Assembly (NCBI RefSeq): GCF_009914755.1
Contig: NC_060931.1
Reading direction: 5' to 3' (one strand)
DNA from: the human T2T-CHM13v2.0 reference genome, Homo sapiens
Length of the DNA: 64,000 nt
Position numbers and translations under genes: made by a program. Shown here piece after piece: positions 1 to 12,300 of this stretch. A model generated the notes under the pieces. The model saw only the letters and a list, made by a program, of their open reading frames with translations. It was not told where the DNA came from and searched no databases. The first letter of the stretch is position 1. Each line of letters opens with the position of its first letter.

Positions 1-937
1 GAGACCTGGGAAAGTGCTCCAGGTTTCAGATGGGCCCTGGCAATACTGGGGCGCTGGACAGGCATCTCCATTCCAGGTCTGCTCCCTGGGGAGGTAGTGA
101 GGTGTGGTAGAATGAACATTTGACCTGGAGTCAAAGTAGATAAGGGCTGACAAGTTTTCCAGGGCAGTTCAGTAGAGGGATAGGATGAGGAGGGCCCGGC
201 TGCAGCAGCCTGAAGAGCAAAGGGAGTGAGAAAAGGGAAGGTAAATGATAGAAAACCAGGTGTACTGTGCAGGAGAAACGGGCCGGTAATCATAAGTTTC
301 ATGTTGCTGCAGCCATCAGCATCCTCACCACTCCCACCCTCCTGATGGTGTGAAGGGAGGATATGGTTGGGGATGTGTAAACAGCACATTATCCATAGAG
401 GTGGCTATTTTGTAGTGACATTTGTTCTGAAAAGTCCTATTCAGTGTAGACAATTTTTTTGTATTATACAATATTTAACAACTATATTTAAACATTAAGA
501 ATTCAACTTGCATTAAGCTTGAAGTTTTTTTGCCAAAACTAAAAACTCCTACATTTTTATATGAGATGGGAAGAAGCATCCTTTCTATTCTTCCTACCCA
601 CAGCTTGTTTACAGAGAGCGGTGTCTGGAAGCTTGGCTGTGCATCAGGGTTATTTCCACTCAGTGAATGGGGAAGCTTGTGAATCCTGCAGCTATATGGC
701 TGCTCAGAGCCATTCTGCCTTGAAACATGAGTACTGACCCTGGAAGAAAGGTGTTAGATATAAAGGTTTTTCCATTTTGTTTGATTCTTTTTGTCTGAGC
801 CCTTAGATCTCCTTTAAATTAATAGCAAGGTTAATAATATAATAATATGATGTTATATATTACAATTTCAACTCAACAGGAATTCCATTTCTGGTAGCAG
901 GTATACGGACTCATTTCTTCTTTGCATCTATTTCTAG

Positions 938-1061
938 GTTATTTGCAGCCCCGAGATCTACCCAGCTGTGGTGTTATCCCCTTTGTTCAAAGCCTTCTTT
1001 GTAACACTGGATCAAGGTGTAGGAACTTCAGCTATGAAGGGTCAATGGAGCATCATTTTCG
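938..1061 (+). CDS. ABCA13: ABCA13 exon 3 (124 nt; [42 protein letters not shown])
   Basis: Acceptor tttctag|G and donor CG|gtaaga. Encodes the ABCA-family motif after TM1 (cf. ABCA1 [23 protein letters not shown]). Confidence 0.96.
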
Positions 1062-1950
1062 GTAAGAGAAACACAAAGATCTTTTTCAGAAATCTCAGAA
1101 AGCTGATACATAGAACAGGCTTCTGCTTTTTGTAAAGCCTCAATAATTTGGGATAGGTCAGAGATCATGAGAAGTATAGAAATTAAAGTTTTATTAAATT
1201 CAGAGTCATATAATTCTGCCTCCAACTAATGGTTAGCTTCCAGCAGGAGATCTTTCCACTGTCACTTGCGGGACTCACAGAGTAATAACTGATTAGCAAA
1301 TGCCATTTGCATGTAATAATTTGTTTTCTGTAGGTTAAAACTCTTGACTTCAAAATTACTTGTCTAGCCAACTTTTCATTTTAGTGCCACATGCCCCCAG
1401 AACAATTATTTTTTGAGCTACCTACTGGGTTTTTTCTCCTGTGCTACTAGTTGACTAGAATCTTGTCGCCAGCTGAGGGAAAATAAAACTGGGCAGTAAC
1501 TCTTTATTTGTCATAAACCACCTAAACGGACTACAGGACAGTTAAGTTGCCTTCTCTGAGTCTCTGAATGCTGAGCTATGCCTGTGGTTGCCTACAGTGT
1601 CAGTTGGCCTTAAACTCAAGAAGAGAAGGAGAAGAAGATATTTCATGTGAGAAGAGACAAAGTGAGGGGGTTTAACTTGGGGGATCCTGAATGCCCTGGA
1701 AACTTCTCCCAGGTGAAGTTAGGAAGGGAAGGAAGTGGCTAGCGGATTAAGATAGTTTGAATTTATCAGGTATGAATGATCTGAGTTTTATTTAATCTAT
1801 ATTTACTAATATTAAACAATCTAAGATATTTAAATGTAAAGCAAATGTTGACATATATGATCTTTATTTTCCAACTCTAAGTTACAAGAGGAAAATTAAA
1901 AGTTTCCAGATAATTTTCGGCATATCAGGTACAATATTTATAAATGGTGT

Positions 1951-2298
1951 TGTTTTAGTTCATTTGGGCTGCTATAATGAAATACCATAAACTGTGTGGC
2001 TTATAAGAAACAAATATTTATTTCTCATAGTTTTGGAGGCTGGGAAGTCCAAGATCAAGGTGCCAGCTGATCTGGTATCTGGTGAGAACCCTTTCCATTA
2101 TAAATGACACCTTCCAGCTGTGTTCTCACATAATGGAAGGGATGAGGCATCTCTCCAGGGTCTCTTTAATACGGGCACTAATCCTATTCACGAAGGCTCT
2201 GTCCTCACGATCCAATCACCTCCGCTATATCATCTTAGGGGTTATGTTTCAACGTAAAAATTTGGGGATGGGAGATGCCAACTTTCAGGTCATAGTAG
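1951..2298. mobile_element. ERVL-MaLR solo LTR (MLT1A/MST-like)
   Basis: Typical MaLR motifs tgttttagttcatttgggctgctataa and ggaggctgggaagtccaagatcaaggtgccagc. Confidence 0.75.
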
Positions 2299-2587
2299 GT
2301 GCTTACTTTTTCTGAGACAAATCATATAGAAATATGATATAAAGAGGCTCATTTGAAAATACTGTAAAGTGATAACCCTGAAAAGTTCAATGGTCTTTTC
2401 TTGAATGTGTGGAGAAGGGAAATATACAAAACTCTGTCTTTCTTGGAAGCATTAGAAGAGCTTGAGACTTAGCAGTGTCTTTATTTCAAGTCTTTCTTAT
2501 GTCTCTTCCTTACTTGGATTGGGAGGTTTAAATGATGTTGAAGTGGAAAGAATATGATTTTGTGGCTAAACAATACTGGCTCTGTTA

Positions 2588-3240
<653 letters not shown>

Positions 3241-3577
3241 TCACCAGCATTGCAAAGCCTTTAACTTTGAGAACGAAGAATGAAATTCCTCACTTTGTCT
3301 GGTAGTGCCCAAGTCAGAGGTATAAGAAATACAAAATAAAATAGGGAAAGGAAATTGTAAGGAGTAAGGAAAGAGGGAGAGGGAGAAAGGAGACAAGAAA
3401 GAGTGAAGCACGCTGTCAGTAGGGCCTCTGGTTTCAGACTCAGCCACTTGACCAAGCAGATTTCATGCGTTTTCATATTGGAGTAAGTGTGGATTCAATT
3501 GAAGTTCAAGCCCATAAATAAAGACTCACTCCTGATTATTTTGTGGTAATTGTCTCAGTTAAAAAATACCTGAAAGC

Positions 3578-4446
3578 GGCTGGGTGCAGTGGCTCACGCC
3601 TGTAATCCCAGCGCTTTGGGTTGTTGGGGAAACCAGCCCCACACCACCTGGCAGGTACCCCAAGTCCAGCGGAGACAAAGGAAATAGAAAGAGACAGAAT
3701 AAGAGTTCAAAGGCGGGTCCAGGGGTCCTGAGCATCGGAGGCTCGCTCACCGCGCAGAGCTCTCAGGCTCCGCCTACTTTATTGGTTTACAAAGCTCTTT
3801 GTTCTTAGGGCAGATGGGAGGGGGAGGAAGGGATGAGGAAAAGGATTAATCAGTGAAGGAGAACTCCTGAGTCATTCAATAAGAAGTATAGCAATGGCGG
3901 TTTCCGTGAATTTCCTTGAGCAAAGGCGTGTCTAAACTACTTAAGATCTTTAATTTATCTGGACTGAAATGGGTGGGAGTGGGTTTCAGGAGGAGCCAAG
4001 ATGTTTGATTATACTCCACTGCTTCAAGGGAGTGTTATCTCCCTGAGCAACCTGTGGAATGCTGCGGAGCTGTTACGCTCTCGGGCATAAAGACAGGAAG
4101 GCAGTAAGGAGACTTTTCTCCTCAGAAGCTGCCCATGGCTTCCCATGGGTGTCTCACACAGAGGAGACCAACTCGTCTGGCATCCCAGCACTTTGGGAGG
4201 CTAAGGCGGGTGGATCACGAGGTCAGGAGTTCGAAACCACCCTGGCCAACAGGGTGAAACCCTGTCTCTACTATAAATCCAAAAATTAGCTGGGCGTGGT
4301 GGCAGGCACCTGAAGTTCCAACTATTCAGGAGGCTGAGGCAGGAGAAGAGCTTGAACCGGGGAGGCAGAAGCTGCAGTGAGCAGAGATCGCACCACTAAA
4401 CTGCAGCCTGGGCAACAGAACAAGACTGTCTCAAAAAAACAAAAAA
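3578..4446 (+). mobile_element. AluS split by an LTR insertion (arms 3578-3620 and ~4182-4446)
   Basis: The Alu 5' end stops at ...cgctttggg and resumes at atcccagcactttgggagg, continuing to an A tail. Confidence 0.9.
3622..4188 (-). mobile_element. ERVK-class solo LTR (LTR14-type), antisense to the gene
   Basis: Begins tgttggggaaaccagccccacacc. The reverse complement of its right end (gatgccagacgagttggtctcctctgtgtgagacacccatgggaagcc) resembles the LTR14 5' region as I recall it. Confidence 0.7.
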
Positions 4447-4483
4447 TCTTGAAGACAAATATCACAGTTAATTTAGTTCATAA

Positions 4484-6193
4484 TGTGTCTGGAATTGGTG
4501 GGTTCTTGGTCTCACTGACTTCAAGAATGAAGCCGCGGACCCTCGTGGTAAGTGTTACAGCTCTTAAGGTGGCACGTCTGGAGTTTGTTCCTTCTGATGT
4601 TCGGATGTGTCCGGAGTTTCTTCCTTCTGGTGGGTTCGTGGTCTCGCTGGCTCAGGAGTGAAGCTGCAGACCTTCGAGGTGAGTGTTACAGCTCTTAACA
4701 CGGCGTGTCTGGAGTTGTTTGTTCCTCCCGGTGGGCTCGTGGTCTCGCTGGTGTCAGGAGTGAAGCCGCAGACCTTTGCGGTGACTGTTACATCTCATAA
4801 AAGCAGTGTGGACCTAAACAGTGAGCAGTAGCAAGATTTATTGCAAGGAACGAAAGAACAAAGCTTCCACACAGTGGAAGGGGACCCTAGCGGCTTCCCG
4901 CTGCTGGCTAGGGCAGCCTGCTTTCATTCTTATCTGGCCCCACCCACATCCTGCTGATTGGTAGAGCCGAGTGGTCTGTTTTGACAGGGCGCTGATTGGT
5001 GCGTTTATAATCCCTGAGCTAGACACGAAGGTTCTCCACGTCCCCATCAGATTAGTTAGATACAGAGTATTGCCACAAAAGTTCTCCAAGGCCCCAGGAG
5101 AGGAGCTAGATACAGAAGTGTCAATTGGTGCACTCACAAACCCTGAGCTAGACACAGGGTGCTGATTGGTGTGTTTACAAACCTTGAGCTAGACATAAAG
5201 ATTCTCCAAGGCCCCACCAGAGCAGCTAGATACAGAGTGTCGATTGGTGCACTCACAAACCTTGAGCTAAACACAGGGTGCTGATTGGAGTGTTTACAAA
5301 CCTTGAGCTAGATACAGAGTGCCGATTGGTGTGTTTACAATCCCTGAGCTAGACATAAAGGTTCTCCAAGGCCCCACCAGAGCAGCTAGATACAGAGTGT
5401 CAATTGGTGCACTCACAAACCCTGAGCTAGACACAGGGTGCTGATTGGTGTATTTACAAACCTTGAGCTAGATACAGAGTGCCCATTGGTGTATTTACAA
5501 TCCCTGAGCTAGACATAAAGGTTCTCCAAGGCCCCACCAGACTCAGGAGCCCAGCTGGCTTCACCCAGTGGATCCTGCACCAGGGCTGCAGGTGGAGCTG
5601 CCTGCCAGTCCCGGTGCTGCGCCCGCGCTCCTCAGCCCTTGGGCGGTCGATGGGACTGGGCGCCGTGGAGCAGGGGGCGGCGCTCGTCGGGGAGGCTCGG
5701 GCTGCACAGGAACCCACGGAGGTGGGGGAAGGCTCAGGCATGGCGGGCTGCAGTCCCGAGGCCTGCCCCGCGGGAAGGCAGCTAAGGCCCGGCGAGAAAT
5801 CGAGCGCAGCGCCGGTGGGCCGGCACTGCTGGGGAACCCAGTACATCCTCCGCAGCCGCTGGCCCGGGTGCTAAGTCCCTCATTGCCTGGGGCCAGCAGG
5901 GCCGGCCGGCTGCTCGGAGTGCGGGCGGGGCCCGCCAAGCCCACGCGCACCCGGAACTCCAGCTGGCCCGCAAGCGCCGCACGCAGCTCCGGTTCCCGCT
6001 CGCGCCTCTCCCTCCACACCTCCCCGCAAGCTGAAGGAGTGGGCTCCGGCCTTGGCCAGCCCAGAAAGGGGCTCCCACAGTGCAGTGGTGGGCTGAAGGG
6101 CTCCTCAAGTGCCACCAAAGTAAGAGCCCAGGCAGAGGAGGCGCTGAGAGCAAGCGAGGGCTGTGAGGACTGCCAGCACGCTGTCACCTCTCA
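4484..6193 (-). mobile_element. Full-length ERV9 solo LTR (LTR12C), 1710 bp, antisense
   Basis: Minus strand starts TGAGAGGTGACAGCGTGCTGGCAG and ends CACCAATTCCAGACACA. It has a 4-bp TSD ATAA (4480-4483 and 6194-6197), tandem ATTGG-containing units at ~4950-5540 and a CpG-rich segment at ~5600-6060. Confidence 0.93.
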
Positions 6194-6823
6194 ATAAGTT
6201 TCCATGACCTCCCTAATTCCTCAGGTAAGTTCACTTTGGGCAGAAATCCTGGGTACCATCTGATGTAGCTTATGGTTATGAAAATCAGCTTCCTCATTCC
6301 TGCCTTTGTTGGGGGGTTTCCCCTTCATTTTAACGAGGATTTCAGAGCAGAAATATGAAGCACTGCAGGCAACAGAAGTGGATATTCTTGTGTTAGTGGT
6401 CACTCCTATTTTGTTTAATTTAAAATGCTTTGTAATGCGAATGTGCTGTCTAAACCCGACCCTCACTTCCCTTTCACTGTCTGACAACCTTCGGGAGGCG
6501 GATCGCCATACCCATGCCGGGGCACTCCCACCCTTAGTCTACAGCACCCGGTGCCTTGCCTTCTGGGCTTTGATTGGGTGACCTTTCATTTCCAGTTTCT
6601 TGAAATGTTTCCAGCCATTTCCTACTGGTCTCATTTGGTGGTCATCAATATTTTAATTTATTTTTTTCTCCATTCTCAAACATGCCCAGACCCCCTGAGA
6701 ATCATCTGACCCTCTCTGCCTCTTTTCCAACCACCATACTGCCTGGTTCTCAGCCTTATTTGATTATCACCTGCTGCTGCCTCACCTCAGCTTCTCAGTT
6801 TGCTTTTCACTCTCTTGACACTC

Positions 6824-7233
<410 letters not shown>

Positions 7234-8903
7234 TAAATGGCTTTCCTGACATGGAGACGTAACAGCATTAGATTCGCCAGGGAGAAGGATTCCTTCTGTG
7301 CCTGCCGTCCCATTCCGATGCTTTGGGGCCCTCCACAATGATGAGTACTCCCCTCCCCTTCCTCCGCACCTTCCACCGCATGGTCGGCCTTTCTCTTTTT
7401 GTATTCCCCATCTGTCCAGCCCTTACACAGCCCAAGGTCTTCCTCTTCTATATGCAGTCAGCTCTGTCGTGGTCAGCTACCTGCTCGCGATGCAGCACCA
7501 TGGCCTCTGCACACTGAGGAAAGACAACTCCGGATGGGTCTGGGGTTTATTTCCCAGCCCCTTTCATAACTTAGTGGAGAGCTGGCCCAGGAGGGGTGAG
7601 TGAAGAAAGAAAAAACGATCCAAGCTCCTGAGCCCAGAGTCTCCCCTCCTGACCCAGCCACTTGCCTAAGGAAGCCCTCCCTGTAACTGCAGTCACTTGT
7701 CTACCTGCAATAGAGCATTTTAGGGCTGGGTCTCTGTCCTGGGGTTCTCTCCTTGCCCTGCCTAGGCATGTCTCTTGATGGACTGTTGAAAACTTGGGAA
7801 TTATGTGCTTTTTGCTAGGTTTTTATTTTTAAATTTCTCCTCCAATAAAACGTATTTTATTTTTACACCGTGTTTAGTATTTCAATTTTGTTTTCTTTCC
7901 TACTTCAGTTTATAAAGATAATTTCTTACATTATTTTCTTAAAGTATTATAGTTTTTCCTTTCACCCGCTGGTCTGGAATTCATCTGGGTTTTACGTCTA
8001 TGTATGGTGAAGGTAATGATTTAACTGCATTTTTTTCCATTTGGATAAGTATTTTTTCAGTTGTATTATTAAACAGTTTATCAATTTCACATTGATTTGT
8101 AATCCCATTGTGACATGAATTAAGTTTTTGTATGTGGTGCATCTGCGTCTGGCTTCTCCAACTTGTTATAGCCCCAGCCATTCCTTGAACTATACCCTGC
8201 TGTCTTACTGTAGCTTTCTAATGTCTTGATATCTGAAGGAGTAAATGTCTCTACCTTGCACTTCTCCTTTAGGGAAGTCTTTGTTCTTCCATGTAAGTGT
8301 AACAACCTTGTTGTACAAGTCAGTGAAAAATATTATTGGGATTTTTATTGGAGTTGCATTGCATCTTGCGATCCTGATGCATTATTTAATTTATTTAGGT
8401 TTTCTTTAGTGTCTTTCAACATAGCTTTATAGTATTTTTTCATGAAGGTTATGCATATCTTTCATTAACTTACTTCCTTGTTACTTTATATTTGTTGTTG
8501 CTATTGCAAATAGTATTTTTTAAAAAGTTACACTATGTTACTTATCATTGCTTGTGTAATGGAAATAAAGTTAATTTTAAAAATCAACTTTATTGATCTA
8601 TACAATAACATTTAAGAGTACATTTCAATGAATTTGACATGTCTATGCACCTGTGTAACCACCATCATGATTGAAATATAAAGCATCTTCATTTTCCTCA
8701 GAATTCTCCTGTGCTCTATCCCAGCCCAACCTACCTCCACTCACCCCACACCTTCAGATCCAGGCAATAGCTTGTCTGCTTTTGGTCATCTAGATTAGAT
8801 TTGCCTTTTCTAAATTTTATATAAAGGATATATCCTTGGTGTTTGGCTTCTTTCACCCAGTAAAATGTTTTGAGATTTATTTATGTGGTTGTTTGTATTA
8901 GTA

Positions 8904-9239
8904 TGGTCATGCACCACTTGACAATATTTTAGTCAACAATGGACTGCATATATGACAGGGGTCACATAGAATTATAATACCATATCTTAACTGTACTTTA
9001 TATATGTGTAGACATGCAAATGCTTACCATTGTATTACAACTGCCTACAGTATTCAGTACAATGACATGCTGTACAGGTGTGTAGGCTAAGAGCAATAGG
9101 CTATACCACATGGCTAGGTATGTAGTAGGCTCCACCATCTAGGTTTGTGTAAGCATGTTCTGTGGTGTTCACACATGATGAAATTGCCTAAGAATGCATT
9201 TCCCACAGTACATTCTCTTCTTTAAGTGACAGATGACTA
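8904..9239 (+). mobile_element. Tigger3a/MER7A MITE nested in an old L1
   Basis: Degenerate CAGTCATG...CATGACTG termini flanked by TA; internal tgcctacagtattcagtaca. Confidence 0.8.
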
Positions 9240-9349
9240 TAATTCATTCCTTTTTATTTTTCCCATGGGTAAGGATGACCCAGGGTGTTCTCTTCTGTTT
9301 TTTTGGTTAATTTTTAAAAAAACTTTTTGTTTCTGAATATATATTTTAA

Positions 9350-12300
9350 AAGTCTTTATTTTTAATTATTGTGGATACATACTAGTTTTATATATTTCTG
9401 AGGTATGTGCAATATTTTGATACAAATACACAATGCATAATGATAAAATCAGGGTAATCAGGATATCCATCATCTAAAGTATAAATCATTTGTGTGAGTG
9501 TGTGTGTGTGAGTGTGTTAGGAACATTCCAGTTTCACTCTTTTAGTTATTTTGAAATATGTAATAAATTATTGTTATCTATAGTCATCCCAGTGTGCTAC
9601 TCAACATTAGATCCAACTCCTTCTATCTAACTGCACTTTTGTACCCGTTACTTATCCCCTCTATATCTCCCACCTCACCACTACCCTTCTCAGCCTCTGG
9701 TAACTATCATTCTACTCTCTGTCTCTATGAGTTTAATTATTTTAAGCTCCCACATATAAGTGAGAACACATAATATTTGTCTTTCTGTGCCTGGCTTATT
9801 TCCCTTAACATAATGCCTTCCAGTTGCATCCTTGTCGTTGCAAATGACAGGATGTCATTCTTTTTTATGGCTGAATAATATACGTACTACATTTTCTTTA
9901 TCCATTTATATGTTGATGAACACTAAGGTTGATTCCATAGCTTGGCTGTTTTGAATAATGCTGCAATAAACATGAGAGTGCAGATGTCTCTGTTTTTTTT
10001 TTCCTTTTGGATTTATACACAGCAGTTGGATTGCTAGATCACATGGTAGTTTTATTTCTAGTTTTTTGAGGAACCTCCCTTCTGTTCTCCATAGTGGCTG
10101 TACTGATTTACTTTCCTGCCAACAGTGTACAAGAGTTCCTTTTTCCCAACCCCTCACTAACATTTGCTATTGCTTGTCTTTTTAATAAAAGCCATTTTAA
10201 CTGGGATGAGATCATATCTCATTGTAATTTGGATTTTCCCTTCTTGGATGAGTAGTGATGTTAAGCAAGTGTTCATGTCCTAGTGACCCATTTGTATGTC
10301 TTCTTTTGAGAAATGTCTATTCAGATTTTTGCCTATTTTTCATTGAATTGTTTGTTTGTTTTGTATTGAGTTGTTTGAGCTTGTTATATATTCTGGTTAT
10401 TAATCCCTTGTCATATGTGTAGTTTGCAGATCTTTTCTCCCATTCTGCGAGTTGTTTCTTAACTTTGTTTGTTATATTATTTTCTTTGCTGTGCAGAAGC
10501 TTTTGAGCTTGATGTGATCCATTTGTCCATTTTTACTTTTGTTGTCTGTGCTTTTGAGGCCTTACTCAAGAAATCTTTGCCCAGACCTATGTCCTGGAGT
10601 GTTTCCCCAAAGTTTTATTCTATTAGTTTCATAGTTTCAGGTCTTAGATTTAAGTCTTTAATCAATTTTGATTTTTTTTTAATATGGCAAGAGATAGGGG
10701 TTTAGTTTCATTCTGCATAAGGATATCCACTCTTAGCAGCATTTATTGAAGAGACTGTTCTTTCCTCATTGAATGTTCTTGGAGCCTTTGTAAAAAATGA
10801 GGAATTTAATGCTTGGATTTATTTCTGGGTTCTCTGTTCTGTTCCATTGGTCTATGTGTCTGTTTTCATGCCAATACTGTGCTGACTTGGTTACTAAAGC
10901 TTTGTAGTATATTTTGAAATCAGGTAATGTGATGCCATCAGCTTTGCTCTTTTTGCTGAGGATTGCTTTGGCTATTTTAGGTCTTTGTAGCTGCATATAA
11001 ATTTTAGGATTTTAAAAAATGAATTTTTTTTCTATTTCTATGAAGAACATCTTTGGTATTTTCATAGCGATTGCATTGAATCTGAAGATTGCTTTGGGGA
11101 GGATGGACATTTTAATAATATTGATTCTTCCAATCCATGAACACGGAACATCTTTCTAACTTTTTGTGTGTCCTCTTCAATTTCTTTCATCAGGGTTTTA
11201 TAGTTTTCATTGCAAGGATTTTTTGCTTTTTTGGTTAGGTTTATTCCTAGGTATGTTATTTTATTTGTAGCTATTATAAATGGTATTGCTTTCTTGGTTT
11301 CTTTTTCACATTGTTCACTGTTAGTGTATATACATGCTATTGATTTTTCTTTGTTAATTTTGTATCCTGCAACTTTACTGAATTTGTTTATCAGTTCTAA
11401 TAGTTTCTTGGTGAAGTCTTTAGGTTTTTCTAAATATGAGATCATGTTATATGCAAACAAGGATAATTTGACTTCTTCCTTTCCAATTTGGATTCCCTTT
11501 ATTTCTTTCTGTTGCTGGATTGTTCTGGCTGGGACTTCCAGTGTTATGTTGCATAAAAGTAGTGAAAGTGGGCATTCCAGTTCCAAATCTTAAAGAAAAG
11601 GTCTTCAGTTTTCCCCTGTTCAGTATGCTAGTAGCTGTGGTTTTGTCATATGAGGTGTTTATTGTGCTTGATTGTGTTCCTTCTATATCCAGTTTTTTGA
11701 GAGTTTGTATCATAAAGGAATGTTGAATTTTATTTAATGCTTTTTCAACATCTATTGATATGATTATATAGTTTTTGTCCTTTGTCTTTTGATGTGATGT
11801 ATCACATTGATTAATTTGCATATGTTAAATCACTCTTGCATCCTTGGGATGGATGAATCCCACTTGGTCATAATAAATGTAATATTAAATGTAATATTAT
11901 ATTTACATGTAAATTTAAATGTAATATTAAATTCAGTTAAATGTAATATTAAATTCAGTTTTGTTGGTATTTTGTTGAGAATTTTTGCATCTATGTTCAT
12001 CAGAAATATTGGCCTCTGGTTTTCTTTTTTGTTATTTTTTTGTGTATATGTCTGGTTTTGGTATCAGGGTAATACTGGCACTGCAGAACGAGTTTGACAG
12101 CATTCCTTCCTCTTCAACCTTTTGGATTAGTTTGAGTAGGATTAGTATTAATTCTTGTTTAAATGGTAAAATTCAGCAGTGAAGCCATTGTTTGGGTCCT
12201 GAGCTTTTCTTTGATGGGGGAATGTTTATTACTGTTATCTTATTACCTGTTGTTGGTTTATTCAAATTTTGGATTTCTTTGTGGTTCAATATTGGTATGT

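Noticed and set aside
880-900. Apparent 21-nt microexon caacag|GAATTCCATTTCTGGTAGCAG|gtatac upstream of exon 3
   Set aside because: The following intron would be only 37 nt, below the practical minimum, and the donor is weak.
4990-5540. Regularly spaced repeats superficially like a CRISPR array
   Set aside because: These are the internal tandem units of the ERV9 LTR U3. There are no unique spacers and the context is eukaryotic.
5454-6197. Overlapping 120-209-aa ORFs on both strands
   Set aside because: They lie wholly in the GC-rich part of LTR12C, where stop codons are scarce. There is no recognisable domain.
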